Assembly: GCA_965223265.1 (NCBI GenBank)
Contig: OZ244999.1
Location: 1,760,001-1,824,000 of the forward strand
Reading direction: 5' to 3'
Source of the DNA: Planctomycetota bacterium
Lineage (GTDB): Bacteria > Planctomycetota > UBA8108 > SXIK01
DNA length: 64,000 nt
Below the pieces are notes generated by a model. The model was not told the origin of the DNA and searched no databases. It saw only the letters and a list, made by a program, of their open reading frames with translations. Of the stretch, positions 1 through 9,392 are shown in pieces; the stretch's first letter is position 1, and every line of letters begins with the position of its first letter. The position numbers and the translations under genes are program-made.

Positions 1-157
1 CATCTTCGACTCGAGCGACGCAATCGGGGCGGGGAATCGCCTGCGACGCCAGGACCGCCTGCGCGCGGTTGGCTTCAGCGCTCTGCGCTTCAAGGCGTGG
101 AAGGTTGGCGGCGGCGAGGCGCTCGAGTAGAGCGCTGACTTCTGGATCGAGTGGCAT
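1..157 (-). CDS. alpha/beta hydrolase (HSL-family esterase/lipase), N-terminal part; runs off the window start
   Basis: Not in the ORF track. Reading from the minus-strand ATG at 157 gives MPLDPEVSALLERLAAANLPRLEAQSAEANRAQ...VARVED, the typical cap-domain start of Abhydrolase_3 esterases. Confidence 0.7.
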   Translation of the reverse strand, partial: MPLDPEVSALLERLAAANLPRLEAQSAEANRAQAVLASQAIPRPDCVARVED

Positions 158-376
158 AGCGGTGCTCTCTGGATTGCTGCTTCGAATGGGGGCGGCTGAT
201 CCGACTGATCGTATCAGGAAACAGCGCCGCAAGCACGGCGGTAGGTGATGAAGTCGTGCGACCTTCGCCTGTGAGCACAGTGAGCATGCGACTACCTTCT
301 GCCCCCTCCGTTGCGTTAGGCTATCGGCAGTTCCGACTCCGTAGTCCAAGGACTCTCGACGTTTTTCGGAGGAGCG

Positions 377-976
377 ATGACCAAGAACGTTCAGACCGAC
401 CATCCCGTGCATGACCTGATCTCGTCACGCTGGAGCCCGTACGGGTTCGCGGACCGAAGCGTCCCGACAGCAGACCTGGCGTCACTGTTCGAGGCTGCGC
501 GCTGGGCGCCGTCGTCCTACAACGAGCAGCCGTGGCGATTCATCGTCGCGACGCACGAAGATGCGGCGGGATTCGACAAGGTCCTCGGCTGCCTGGTTGA
601 AGCGAACCAGTCTTGGGCTCGAGCTGCACCGGCTCTCGCTCTCGGCGCCGCTGAGGTGCTCTTCGCTCGCAACGATCGGCCCAATCGCCACGCCTTCCAT
701 GACCTTGGGCTGGCCATCGCCAACCTGACGCTCGAGGCGACGGCGCGCGGACTCTGTGTGCATCAGATGGCGGGAATCCTACCTGACCGAGCCCGTGAGA
801 CGTTCTCCATTCCGGAGAGGTTCGAAGTGGTCACCGGAATCGCGATCGGCTATGCGACCGACCCCGAGAGTTTACCGGCGCCGCTTCGTGAGCGAGACGG
901 CACGCGGCGGTCGCGTCGACCACTGAAGGAGATTCTCTTCGGCTGTGATTGGGGACACGCCGCGCCGTGGCTGTAG
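377..976 (+). CDS. nitroreductase family protein
   Basis: Motifs RWSPYGF, EAARWAPSSYNEQPWRF and DLGLAIANLTLEATARGL; GGAG RBS upstream. Confidence 0.93.
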   Translation: MTKNVQTDHPVHDLISSRWSPYGFADRSVPTADLASLFEAARWAPSSYNEQPWRFIVATHEDAAGFDKVLGCLVEANQSWARAAPALALGAAEVLFARNDRPNRHAFHDLGLAIANLTLEATARGLCVHQMAGILPDRARETFSIPERFEVVTGIAIGYATDPESLPAPLRERDGTRRSRRPLKEILFGCDWGHAAPWL

Positions 977-1069
977 CCCCGAGTTTGACCGGCGGAGCCG
1001 CCTGAGCTGGGCGTATTGGACGTTGTCCCCATCGTTGCAAAAGCGAAGCGCTTCAAGCGCCGTGCGCGA

Positions 1070-1105
1070 GTGCGAGTGCGAGTGCGAGTGCGAGTGCGAG
1101 TGCGT
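1070..1105 (+). repeat. (GTGCGA)5 hexamer microsatellite
   Basis: Five perfect copies at 1070-1099 plus GTGCGT. Confidence 0.95.
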
Positions 1106-1173
1106 GGGCGCACCGGCACAGTGCATCTGACTCCGTGTCTGCATCTGACTCTGCATCTGACTCTGAATCTGAC

Positions 1174-1383
1174 CCCCAACGTTGCAAAAGAGACGCGCCT
1201 TAAGACCGTGCGCGATTGCGATTGAGTGAGAGTTTGCGTGTGGGTGTGCGTGGGCGAGGGGGAACACGGCACACCGTCAACCTCACCAAACGTGAGGTCC
1301 GCCGCGACGTCCTTCAACTGCCGATCGAACCTCAGGGAAAGGGTTTCTGAGCCCTTCCTGCGAAAACTTATGCAACTGTCGGG
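1174..1383. mobile_element. nested inner copy of MITE-like family B
   Basis: Ends CCCCAACGTTGCAAAAG and CTTATGCAACTGTCGGG, with TCTGAC on both sides (1168-1173, 1384-1389). It interrupts a CTGACT tract. Confidence 0.6.
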
Positions 1384-1384
1384 T

Positions 1385-1450
1385 CTGACTCTGACTCCGC
1401 ATCTATATCTGACTCTGACTCTGACTCTGACTCTGACTCCGCATCTGTAT
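1385..1450 (+). repeat. (CTGACT)n degenerate hexamer microsatellite
   Basis: CTGACT x2, CCGCAT, CTATAT, CTGACT x5 (1409-1438), CCGCAT, CTGTAT. A related tract lies at about 1121-1173. Confidence 0.95.
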
Positions 1451-1586
1451 CTGGTCTTGTATAGCTCAGGGTTGTTGGGAATCTTCCCGAGGCTGACCCA
1501 GCCGTAGGACAAGGGCTTCTGAGATCTTCCGGCGAGAGATTCATGCAACTGTAGGGGCTGTGTTTCCAGGCCTCCAGCGCAGAGCG

Positions 1587-3146
1587 TCAGAGAATTTCCG
1601 GGCGCACGTAGGCCGACCGCGGGTGGGAATACTCGACAAGGATTTCGACCTGATCGACGGAGATCGCGCCGGCGAAATCTGACGGGCGCGAGACAAAGGT
1701 CACCTCAAGTACGTTCTCTCCTTGCCGTGGGCGGACGCGCACCAAGTTGTACTCGAACCACAGGAACTCGTATCGGTGCGTCGTGACGCGGAGATCCTCG
1801 TCAGCGAGTGAGGCGCCGTTGAGTTCGAGCGTGAGCCCGTCCGACGTGACCAGGTTGTCAACTCGCAGGCAGAGCCGAACGCGGCCGACGTGTTCGGAGC
1901 TCAGGTCGTCCGCGACGTGGAAGCGGATAGCATGGCGAGTTTTCGGCTCTGGTTTCTCGAGACGCAGCGGTAGAGAGTGGTCATAGCCGAGTCGCGCTGG
2001 GCCCTCGAGACGCCTGCCGACGACGTATTGCTTGTCCTTGCCGGCCAGTTCCCGCGGATCACCGATTTCCGTTAGGATCGCCTTTTCGGCGTCGCGAAAT
2101 GGCCAGTAGAACCATGGACCGACGATCATTCCATCCGCTCCCTTATGCCAGTAGTTCGCGACGGCGGCACGGACCATCGCAGGCGTCGCGTGAGTGTTGG
2201 TGTCAACAACGTAAGGCTGGAGGACCGGATAAACCTCAGCGCTTCCCGCGTGCGCAGCCGCTGCGAGTGATTCAAACGGTAGATCGGGATCGAGAAAAAA
2301 GTAGCCGTAATAGAGCGGTGCGACGTAGTCCACGAGGCCATCGCGAAGCCACGCGTCGACGTCGAGTCCGAGTGCACGATTCATTTCGAGTGTCGGAAAG
2401 ACACGCGCCCCGACGACGCGCGACTTTCCATGACTCTTACGCCTGACCATTTCGGCGACGCGTCGCACCCAATCAGTCATTACCGAGGTCTGCGAGGCGA
2501 TCGCCGCTGGCTTGAAGTAGTACGGGGTGAACGCAAAGTCGAGCTCGATGCCTTCCACCGGATAGTCCGCCAGCTCCTCAAGCCATGCGAAGCGTGCATC
2601 ACGCACCTGACGATGTGCGAAGTCGTGATTGCGAGCGAGGGGACCACCACCCCCAGCGGCAGGGCCTTCGACGCCGATGTAGTAACGCGGGTCCCGCGGT
2701 CCGCCTCCAAGGCGCATGCTCGTGATGAATTCAAGGCCACGTTCGTGGGCACGGTCGATCAGTACTTGGAGCGGGTCGAGGCCGCGGTCGATGAGGCTCT
2801 GCATGTTATGCCAGGCGCGCCAGCCGTGCGCCGAGCGAAACGGCCGGTTTTGCGATCCGGCCCGTACACCCACTTTCGTATTGCTCCAAAGCCCCTCGGT
2901 TTCGACGCCATAGATGAAAGTGTTGATCGAGGTGCCAGCGAGTTCGTCGATTGGCCGCCACGCTTCTTCGAGACCCATAGGTGGCTGAAAGGCGTATAGC
3001 CAGTAATGGCGGGCGTCGTTGAAATAGGCTGTACGGCGTCTGCGATCGCCCCGCATTTGTGCCTTCTCTTCATCGGGCGTGGCGGCGTTGGTCACGCCGA
3101 ATGCTGCGGACGCAGCGGAGGTGACGAGAAACTCGCGTCGATTCAT
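1587..3146 (-). CDS. Tat-exported glycoside hydrolase-like TIM-barrel protein (GHL10/DUF187-like)
   Basis: MNRREFL Tat motif; DPLQVLIDRAHERGLEFITSMRL, EGIELDF and DVDAWLRDGLVDYV segments typical of GHL10-like proteins. Confidence 0.7.
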   Translation of the reverse strand: MNRREFLVTSAASAAFGVTNAATPDEEKAQMRGDRRRRTAYFNDARHYWLYAFQPPMGLEEAWRPIDELAGTSINTFIYGVETEGLWSNTKVGVRAGSQNRPFRSAHGWRAWHNMQSLIDRGLDPLQVLIDRAHERGLEFITSMRLGGGPRDPRYYIGVEGPAAGGGGPLARNHDFAHRQVRDARFAWLEELADYPVEGIELDFAFTPYYFKPAAIASQTSVMTDWVRRVAEMVRRKSHGKSRVVGARVFPTLEMNRALGLDVDAWLRDGLVDYVAPLYYGYFFLDPDLPFESLAAAAHAGSAEVYPVLQPYVVDTNTHATPAMVRAAVANYWHKGADGMIVGPWFYWPFRDAEKAILTEIGDPRELAGKDKQYVVGRRLEGPARLGYDHSLPLRLEKPEPKTRHAIRFHVADDLSSEHVGRVRLCLRVDNLVTSDGLTLELNGASLADEDLRVTTHRYEFLWFEYNLVRVRPRQGENVLEVTFVSRPSDFAGAISVDQVEILVEYSHPRSAYVRPEIL

Positions 3147-3194
3147 GCTCTGTCTCCGTTTCTTGCGGACGGCTGTGGTGTGCCGGTGTGTCGC

Positions 3195-3929
3195 TCAGTC
3201 GCTTCGCTGTGGTGTATCTGTGGGGTTCCCCGCGGTTTGCCACTCCGCCTTCAGGCGTTCGATACATCCTTCGAGGCTGCGATACAGCCTGCCTTTCGGT
3301 TCTCCGCGGAGGGCATAGAGGCGCTGTTGGAGGTGGGGCAGGGCGGTCGTGTCGGCGAGTTGGTCGATCATGGAGATCGCTGTCAGAGCGACACGCGTCG
3401 AAGGGTCGTTTAGAGCGGTGTGGATTGTGTCGAGTGCTTCCGGGTTACGCCTTGCGAACTTCGCTGCAGCGATCACGAGCCAGACGCGAGCTCGGTCCTG
3501 TGGGGTGCGCTCGACAGCTTCCAGGAGTGTGAGCTGGAGGCGGCGGCTCCGGGCCTTCGCGAGAAGTCGGCCAGCGAACTCGGAGCTCTCCCAGTCGGCG
3601 TCGAAGAAATGAGCCAATGCAGTCCGGCAAGCAGCTCCCCGATCGAGTCGAGCGAGCTCCTGGAGGGACTCGCGGGCCTGTTCGTACTTCTGCTGGCGCA
3701 TGAGTACTGCCGTGTCGGCCGACAAGCGGGACACCCGAAAGTACCGAACAGCCCACGACGTGAGAAACATCGATCCCACCATGATCGCGGTGGCGCCCAT
3801 CAGCCAGACCGCCCGGCGCGTTGCGAGGATTCTTCCTACGGCCATTCCTTGCATGCGAGCTCCACCGGCTTCGATCCATGCCGCGAACTTGAAGGCTGGA
3901 TCTCGAGGAACGTGTCGTCCGGCGCGCAA
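3195..3929 (-). CDS. membrane-anchored HEAT-repeat-like protein (start may be 3854)
   Basis: N-terminal hydrophobic helix followed by HEAT-like segments (ALNDPSTRVALTAISMIDQL). Confidence 0.55.
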   Translation of the reverse strand: MRAGRHVPRDPAFKFAAWIEAGGARMQGMAVGRILATRRAVWLMGATAIMVGSMFLTSWAVRYFRVSRLSADTAVLMRQQKYEQARESLQELARLDRGAACRTALAHFFDADWESSEFAGRLLAKARSRRLQLTLLEAVERTPQDRARVWLVIAAAKFARRNPEALDTIHTALNDPSTRVALTAISMIDQLADTTALPHLQQRLYALRGEPKGRLYRSLEGCIERLKAEWQTAGNPTDTPQRSD

Positions 3930-4112
3930 CTCGCGACCCGCTCGCGGCTGCAGTCGTTTCGCCGGGTCGACGAACGAATCGACGATACCTTAAGAGTAGG
4001 TCATGCAGGGCACGGAATGGTGTCGAAAGCAGCCGCGACGCCGACAAGGCGGCGGGATCCATGGGGCCCCTTGAACTCGGCAGGTGTTGTCTGATCGGCG
4101 TGCCACCGTGGA

Positions 4113-4133
4113 ATATTAGAGCGATATTAGAGC
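4113..4133. promoter_or_regulatory. tandem direct repeat ATATTAGAGC x2 (11-bp period), putative OmpR-family operator
   Basis: Perfect 10-bp repeats at 4113-4122 and 4124-4133, in the divergent intergenic region upstream of an OmpR-type regulator. Confidence 0.5.
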
Positions 4134-4208
4134 CATACCTGCGCCTGCCGAGCTGGTCGGAGCCGTCCACGTGATATACTTCGTGGAAACCTTCTCCGGG
4201 TGCGTTTC

Positions 4209-4883
4209 ATGAGGATTCTCGTCGTCGAAGACGACCGTGAGCTCGCGTCGATCCTTCAGCGCGCGCTCACTGAGCAGCTCTACAACGTCGAACTCGCCTT
4301 CGATGGGGAGACGGCGCGTCACCTCGCGCTGACGGACGACTTCGACGTGATACTTCTCGATCTGATGATCCCGGCGATCGATGGAGTGGCGGTATGCCGC
4401 ACGCTGCGCGAAGCAGGGCAGCGGACACCGGTCATTATGTTGACCGCGCGGGACGCGATCGGAGATCGTGTCCACGGTCTCGACGCCGGGGCAGATGACT
4501 ATGTCGTCAAGCCGTTTTCCATGGACGAGCTTCTGGCGCGGGTGAGGGCGCAGGTGCGCAGAGGCTCGAACAGGACTGAGAATGTCTTGAGCGTTGGCCA
4601 GCTCGCGCTCGATCCACGCTCGACTCATGTTCGATATGGGGCGCGGTCTATTTCACTGACAGCAAGAGAGTTCGCTCTGCTTCACTATTTCATGCAGCAT
4701 CCAGACTTGGTGTTGTCGCGCACCGAGATTCTCGAGAACGTATGGGACGCCAACTACAATGGCTTCGGGAATGTTGTCGACGTCTACGTCAACTATCTAC
4801 GCAACAAGCTCGAAAGTCAGGGTGAGCCGCGGGTCATCGAGACTGTCCGCGGTCGTGGTTATTTGCTGAGAAGCGCTTCATGA
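4209..4883 (+). CDS. OmpR/PhoB-family two-component response regulator
   Basis: MRILVVEDD, LLDLMIP, LTARD, GADDYVVKPF and a winged helix ending NVVDVYVNYLRNKL...ETVRGRGY. Confidence 0.97.
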   Translation: MRILVVEDDRELASILQRALTEQLYNVELAFDGETARHLALTDDFDVILLDLMIPAIDGVAVCRTLREAGQRTPVIMLTARDAIGDRVHGLDAGADDYVVKPFSMDELLARVRAQVRRGSNRTENVLSVGQLALDPRSTHVRYGARSISLTAREFALLHYFMQHPDLVLSRTEILENVWDANYNGFGNVVDVYVNYLRNKLESQGEPRVIETVRGRGYLLRSAS

Positions 4884-6664
4884 AGTCGCTCAGCATCACG
4901 AATCGTTTGACGCTGACGTTCGCCTTTCTCACGGCCGCGATTCTGGCGCCGGCCGCTTTGGCGCTCTATCTCAGCGTCGCCAGTGCCTACACTGCTGCGA
5001 GTGTCGAGAAAGCAAAGGGTCGCGCGCGATCGATTGCGAGCTCGCTTTTGACGCAACTCGACGAGGATTTCTTCGTCGAGTTCGAAGGCGCGCCGTTCGA
5101 TTTTTCGGGACTGCGGACCAGAGACGAAGACTGGGCGCTGGTGCGCGGCGAGACTGCGGAATATGCGGTCGGAGTTTTCGACGGCGATTCGGCGGTGTGG
5201 GGCCGGACACCCGACGACGTTTTCGTTCGTAATAGTCTGTCGCTCCGAGTCGCTGGTGTGCCACTCGTTGCGGACGTCTCGCCGTCGCTCGAGGACTTGC
5301 CGCCGGCGATTCGGCAGGTGGCCGCATCGCGCTATCCGGACGCGCCTTATCTGGGCACGACCCAAGAGATGAACAAGGCCGGCGCGGTTTCTTTCGAGGT
5401 TCGGAAGCTGCTTGCTGGCCGGATCGCCGAGATCAAAGTGTGGGCGACGGGAGAGTTCAAGAAGGAAGGATCGGAGAATCTGCCGACCCAGTTCGACCGA
5501 CGCTACTTCGACTACTTGCCACCTGAGTCACGTCCCGCGGGACCGATTACCTTGACTTGGCGTGCCTACTCCGGGCAGCCGATTGCCGTGATCGAGGGCA
5601 CCACCGAAGCAGGTGAGAGAAAACGGTTCGCCATGAGCCGACTCGGGGAACGGTTCATCGTCGACGAGTCTGGCGCGGTGCGTGGAAGGGACGAAGAATC
5701 TCGCCTCATGGTTTTTGCTGCGCTGGACGTGAAAGCGGAGCTCGCACGCAAGAACATGCTTTTGGGCGGGCTGGTCGTCGGCGTCGTCTGCATTTGGCTC
5801 GGACTCGTCTTCACAGGTCGATTTGTGGTCCGGCGCGCGATGGCACCGGTCGACGACATCGTGGAAGCGGCACGAAAGATCCGACTTTCAGATCTCCGTG
5901 ATCGTGTTCCGGTCGGCGAGGCCGACGACGAGCTGGCACGCATCGCGACCACGATCAACCGCATGCTCGACCGTCTAGAAGTCAGCTACCGTCGTGAACG
6001 GCAGTTCACCGGTGACGCGTCGCATGAACTTCGCGGACCGCTGACCAAAATCCAGGCGGATGTGGAACTGGCACTGGGGCGTGAGCGAACCGATGAGGAG
6101 TATCGTCAAGCGCTTGGCCGCATTCGTGGATACAGCCGAGGAATGAAACGGCTCGTCGAGTCACTCCTGCTACTTGCTCGCCTTGACGGAAACCAGGAGC
6201 TACTCGAGAAGACTCGATTCGATCTGACGGAAGTCCTTGTTGAGACCGTCGGAACGTTGGCGGAAGGCGATGGTCGGCGGATCCATATCCAACTCGACAA
6301 TACGAACGGTCCGGTCGAGGCCTTAGGGGAGAGAAGTTTGATCTCGACTGCGATCCACAACCTCATCGAGAATGCTCTCCGCTACAGCCCTCAGACCGCA
6401 CAGGTCGACGTCAGAGTCCATCCGAACGGCGGCAACGTCATCGTCGAGGTTGAAGATCAAGGCGCCGGGATTGAACCGGGGCAGCGCGAACACGTCTTCG
6501 GTCGGTTTGTTCGCGTTGATTCCGCACGCACACGAGAGACCGGCGGTTGCGGCCTTGGGCTGTCGATCGTGCGCGCGGTGGCGGAGGCCCACGGCACGCG
6601 CGTCGATCTGCGCCCGTCCGAAACTGGCGGGACAATTGCCGCCTTTGAGGTTCGTTCGTCGTAG
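4880..6664 (+). CDS. HAMP-domain sensor histidine kinase
   Basis: Two TM helices around a periplasmic domain, HAMP, H-box DASHELRGPL, N-box NLIENALRYS, G-boxes DQGAGI and GCGLGLSI. Overlaps the regulator stop (ATGA). Confidence 0.96.
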   Translation: MKSLSITNRLTLTFAFLTAAILAPAALALYLSVASAYTAASVEKAKGRARSIASSLLTQLDEDFFVEFEGAPFDFSGLRTRDEDWALVRGETAEYAVGVFDGDSAVWGRTPDDVFVRNSLSLRVAGVPLVADVSPSLEDLPPAIRQVAASRYPDAPYLGTTQEMNKAGAVSFEVRKLLAGRIAEIKVWATGEFKKEGSENLPTQFDRRYFDYLPPESRPAGPITLTWRAYSGQPIAVIEGTTEAGERKRFAMSRLGERFIVDESGAVRGRDEESRLMVFAALDVKAELARKNMLLGGLVVGVVCIWLGLVFTGRFVVRRAMAPVDDIVEAARKIRLSDLRDRVPVGEADDELARIATTINRMLDRLEVSYRRERQFTGDASHELRGPLTKIQADVELALGRERTDEEYRQALGRIRGYSRGMKRLVESLLLLARLDGNQELLEKTRFDLTEVLVETVGTLAEGDGRRIHIQLDNTNGPVEALGERSLISTAIHNLIENALRYSPQTAQVDVRVHPNGGNVIVEVEDQGAGIEPGQREHVFGRFVRVDSARTRETGGCGLGLSIVRAVAEAHGTRVDLRPSETGGTIAAFEVRSS

Positions 6665-6905
6665 TCTCGCGTTTTCCAACGCGCTCACCACGCGCGGGGC
6701 GCACACGCGTCAGCTCGATTGCAGAGCATGGTCGGCCTCTTCCAGAGGAACGTGGTTTGTTCGCGCATCATTTGAAGCCGCTCATCCGCCTCTAATCTCT
6801 CTCCAAAGTCGCGGTGGGATACTTCACGTGGTCGCCGGTCGCGCTCCGCGTTGACGGAAGCAACTTCATCGACCGGACAACGCACGTGCTAGGAAGGAGG
6901 ATGGA

Positions 6906-7952
6906 ATGCGGATTCTCAGCTGTCTATTGGTCGTGGGACTCCTGTGCCCTTTCGTCGGATGTGACGGCAAATCGGCATCGGCGACGGCCCCGCCTGGAGC
7001 AGACCTTGCCGCATCGGAGAACGCCGACGCGTCCGCCGACGTCGGTGGGGGAGGCGCGCCGCAAGCGCGAGGTTTTTGCTCAGAGACGTCGCTGCTCGCC
7101 GTCGAAGCGTGCGACTTCGAGGCGAAAGCCGGTTACGCCCTGGCCAGAGGGCGTTGCCTCGGGCTGACGGATGAAGATGAGGCGAGCGAGTGCTTCGACA
7201 TTGCCCGGGAAGAGTACGATGACGCGCGGCAGGTGTGTAAGGAACAGCGTCACTTTCGCCGTGAGATCTGCGACGAAGTTGGTGAGGAGGTCTACGCTCC
7301 GGACATCGACCCAGAACGATTCGTTGAAGTCATCGACAATCACTTCCTTCCTTTGCTTCCCGGCACCACGTGGATCTATGAGTCGGAGTCCGAGGAAGGG
7401 CTCGAGACCATCGAGGTGACCGTCACCTCCGAGAAGAAGGAAATCCTTGGAGTCGCATGCACCGTCGTACGTGACACCGTCAAACTCGAGGGCGTCCTCG
7501 TCGAGGATACCTTCGACTACTTCGCACAGGACGTTGACGGCAACGTGTGGTACTTCGGCGAAATCTCCTTCAACTACGAGGACGGTGAAGTCGTCGATCT
7601 CGCTGGCTCCTGGCAAGCTGGCGTCGACAGTGCCCAACCGGGAATCCTCATGTTTGCCGAACCGGAGCTCGACGTTCTCTATCGACAGGAATACCTGCTT
7701 GGCGAAGCAGAAGACATGGCGCGTGTGGTGGCATTCGACGAGGTGGTCTCGGTACCGTATGGCGACTTTAGTGGATGTCTGCAGTCGGCGGAGATCGTGC
7801 CTCTTGAACCGGACGTGCTTGAGTACAAATTCTACGCCCCGGGAATCGGTTTCGTACTCGCGCTCGATGCCGAGACGGGGGAGGGCGAGAGGCTCATCTC
7901 CCTGACACTCCCGGAAGAGCCAAGAGACGAAGACGGAGCTGAAGGGGAGTGA
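6906..7952 (+). CDS. conserved acidic lipoprotein of unknown function
   Basis: Lipobox FVGC; AGGAGG RBS; conserved-looking C-terminal domain (EDTFDYFAQDVDGNVWYFGE, KFYAPGIG). Confidence 0.8.
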   Translation: MRILSCLLVVGLLCPFVGCDGKSASATAPPGADLAASENADASADVGGGGAPQARGFCSETSLLAVEACDFEAKAGYALARGRCLGLTDEDEASECFDIAREEYDDARQVCKEQRHFRREICDEVGEEVYAPDIDPERFVEVIDNHFLPLLPGTTWIYESESEEGLETIEVTVTSEKKEILGVACTVVRDTVKLEGVLVEDTFDYFAQDVDGNVWYFGEISFNYEDGEVVDLAGSWQAGVDSAQPGILMFAEPELDVLYRQEYLLGEAEDMARVVAFDEVVSVPYGDFSGCLQSAEIVPLEPDVLEYKFYAPGIGFVLALDAETGEGERLISLTLPEEPRDEDGAEGE

Positions 7953-8134
7953 GAAGAAGCCGGTGAGGGTGCGGGAGTGAGTGCACAATGCTTCACTCCC
8001 GCGGCTCGTCGTGCCATCGGATGCCCGTTTCAATTGCGATTGTCTTTAGCGGCGGCAGAAACGATTTGTGCACCGGTCCCCACGCGGTTCGGGTAGACTC
8101 TTTCCTCGCAGGCCACCATTGGAGAGGAAGAGTC

Positions 8135-9370
8135 ATGAATAGACGTGGGTTTCTCGGTTCGTTGGCAGCGGCTGGTGCCGCGAGCCTTGGAGTCGTCAAC
8201 AAAGCAGAGGCGGAGACGCGGTCAACCGCCAACGCAGCGCTGTCCGACATGAAGGTCACGCGGATCCGCTTTTATCACGCCCCGGGGCGAGACATCTTCA
8301 ACCAGAGCGCCCACGTCTCCGTCGTTGAGACGGACGCCGGCATCACCGGCATCGGAGAAGGCGGGTCGCGAGACACGATCCGTCAGTGTGCCGGTCTCCT
8401 GATTGGTGAAAGTCCGCACCGCATCGAGCATCTTTGGCAGCTGATGTACCGCGGCCACTTCTATCCGCCCGGCCGAGAGAAAATTCACGCTCAAGGTGCG
8501 CTTGATTTGGCGCTTTGGGATATCAAAGGAAAAGCGCTTGGACTCCCAGTCTACAAGGTCCTCGGTGGCCCCGTGCGCGACCACGTCGAATGCTACTCGA
8601 CTGGCTTTCCCGGTTATGAGACGCTCCGCGATGCGGCGCGCGCTTGCATGGACGCAGGCTTTCGTGCTTTTCGCACCAGCACCGTTGGCTCGGGAAAGCC
8701 GTTCAATCCCCGGCGCAGCGTGCGTGACACGTACAAGAACTGCGTCGAGATCCGCAAAGGCGTCGGTACGGACGGCGACTGGGCGATCGACTATCACACA
8801 CGACTCGATATGCCAGACGCTATCCGCCTTTCAACACTGATCGAAGAGCTGGAGCCTTTCTTCGCAGAGGACCTCGTCCGCTCTGAGAATCCCGGCGTCT
8901 ACCGGCAGCTGCGGCCGCAGGTCAAGGTCCCGATCGCTGTCGGCGAACAGTTTGGTGATCGCTGGGAGATCAACGAGCTGATCGAGGAGAGACTCATCGA
9001 CTACTCCAGAGTGTCGCTACCGAATGCTGGTGGCATCACGGAGTACATGAAGATCGCGGCGCTGTGCGAGACGCACTACGTTGGTCTCGTGCCTCACTTC
9101 ACGGGGCCGATCTCGATGGCCGCTCTCGTTCACGCGTGTAGCGCGTTTCCGGGTCCCGCCATGATCGAGATGGCTGGCAACGGTTTGAAGGAGTTCCCCT
9201 ACCTGCCCGAGTGTTACGACTTTCGCGACGGAAAACTATGGCCGAACGAGCGTCCTGGGCTCGGTGTCGAAGTCGACACGAGCAAGCTAACACTGGTGGC
9301 CGAGTTCAATGAGCCGATACCAGGAACGCCTTTGAATCGACGTCCGGATGGCTCGATCACGAACTGGTAA
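8135..9370 (+). CDS. Tat-signal mandelate racemase/galactonate dehydratase-like enolase-superfamily enzyme
   Basis: MNRRGFL Tat motif after a GGAGAGG RBS; TDAGITGIGE, LDLALWDIKGKALGLPVYKVLGG, DYH, ED and AVGEQ motifs. Confidence 0.9.
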   Translation: MNRRGFLGSLAAAGAASLGVVNKAEAETRSTANAALSDMKVTRIRFYHAPGRDIFNQSAHVSVVETDAGITGIGEGGSRDTIRQCAGLLIGESPHRIEHLWQLMYRGHFYPPGREKIHAQGALDLALWDIKGKALGLPVYKVLGGPVRDHVECYSTGFPGYETLRDAARACMDAGFRAFRTSTVGSGKPFNPRRSVRDTYKNCVEIRKGVGTDGDWAIDYHTRLDMPDAIRLSTLIEELEPFFAEDLVRSENPGVYRQLRPQVKVPIAVGEQFGDRWEINELIEERLIDYSRVSLPNAGGITEYMKIAALCETHYVGLVPHFTGPISMAALVHACSAFPGPAMIEMAGNGLKEFPYLPECYDFRDGKLWPNERPGLGVEVDTSKLTLVAEFNEPIPGTPLNRRPDGSITNW

Positions 9371-9392
9371 AAGCCGTCGCCAACCGGCTGGT

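Larger units (their letters stand above)
1027..1556. mobile_element. MITE-like element (family B) with hexamer microsatellites, containing a nested second copy
   Basis: Left end CCCCATCGTTGCAAAAG, right end TTCATGCAACTGTAGGG (imperfect inverted repeat). Flanks GTTGT and GCTGT. Lies between convergent genes. Confidence 0.6.

Noticed and set aside
90-287. 65-aa minus-strand ORF
   Set aside because: It overlaps the esterase-like frame starting at 157, which has a recognisable N-terminus.
850-1548. ORFs with VRVRVR, HSHSHS, ECECEC and LTLTLT tracts
   Set aside because: These are translations of hexamer microsatellites inside a repeat element. They are open in many frames and have no RBS.
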